In this document: positions 63,892-64,000 of the stretch, piece by piece
Layout of the letters: every line of letters begins with the position of its first letter
How positions within the stretch are numbered: position 1 is the stretch's first letter
Source of the DNA: Tricharina praecox
Taxonomy: Eukaryota
DNA: 64,000 nt
Assembly: GCF_024521635.1 (NCBI RefSeq)
Contig: NW_026250433.1
Span: 372,001 to 436,000 of the forward strand
Direction: 5' to 3'
Notes under the pieces: model-generated
The model's database searches: none
What the model saw: the letters and a program-made list of their open reading frames with translations, nothing else
Told to the model about the DNA's origin: nothing
Made by a program: the position numbers and the translations under genes

Positions 63892-64000
63892 GGGGGGGGG
63901 GGGGGGGGGGGGGGGTAAAACATATGCTTTGTGAGCGTGCCATTGCGGAAAATAGCGTATCGATACGGTAAAATACGTATTTTGACCGTATTTATACGCT
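63892..64000. repeat. G24 run followed by a 47-bp near-perfect palindrome at the window edge
   Basis: AGCGTAT-CG-ATACGGT-AAAATAC|GTATTTT-G-ACCGTAT-TT-ATACGCT (63954-64000). Confidence 0.75.

Overview
Gene-sparse eukaryotic DNA from a filamentous ascomycete: short GT-AG introns with CTRAC/CTAAC branch points, an Opi1 homologue, abundant microsatellites. The narrower lineage cannot be determined from this window. About 11-12 genes are supportable: an F-box/LRR-like protein, a sugar-reductase-type SDR, OPI1, an FAD-dependent oxidoreductase, a secreted GXWXG/DUF4334 protein, a tandem pair of secreted 8-Cys effector/toxin-like proteins (second copy carries a premature stop), another small secreted protein, a Ser-rich repeat protein and several orphans. 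The intergenic space holds decayed ORFs and small mobile elements. The most interesting signal is a ~1.3-1.4 kb non-autonomous retroelement family. It has two long diverged copies (49.46-50.74 kb and 51.94-53.35 kb), the second starting with a tRNA-like head. Two 5'-truncated 3'-end fragments with target-site duplications sit inside and upstream of the second effector-like paralogue, and the first paralogue shows the empty sites. Also present: a 665-bp TIR element with a nested fold-back, and an array of consecutive perfect hairpins at 33.8-34.2 kb. No CRISPR or rRNA was seen. All family assignments come from motif recognition by eye, not database searches.
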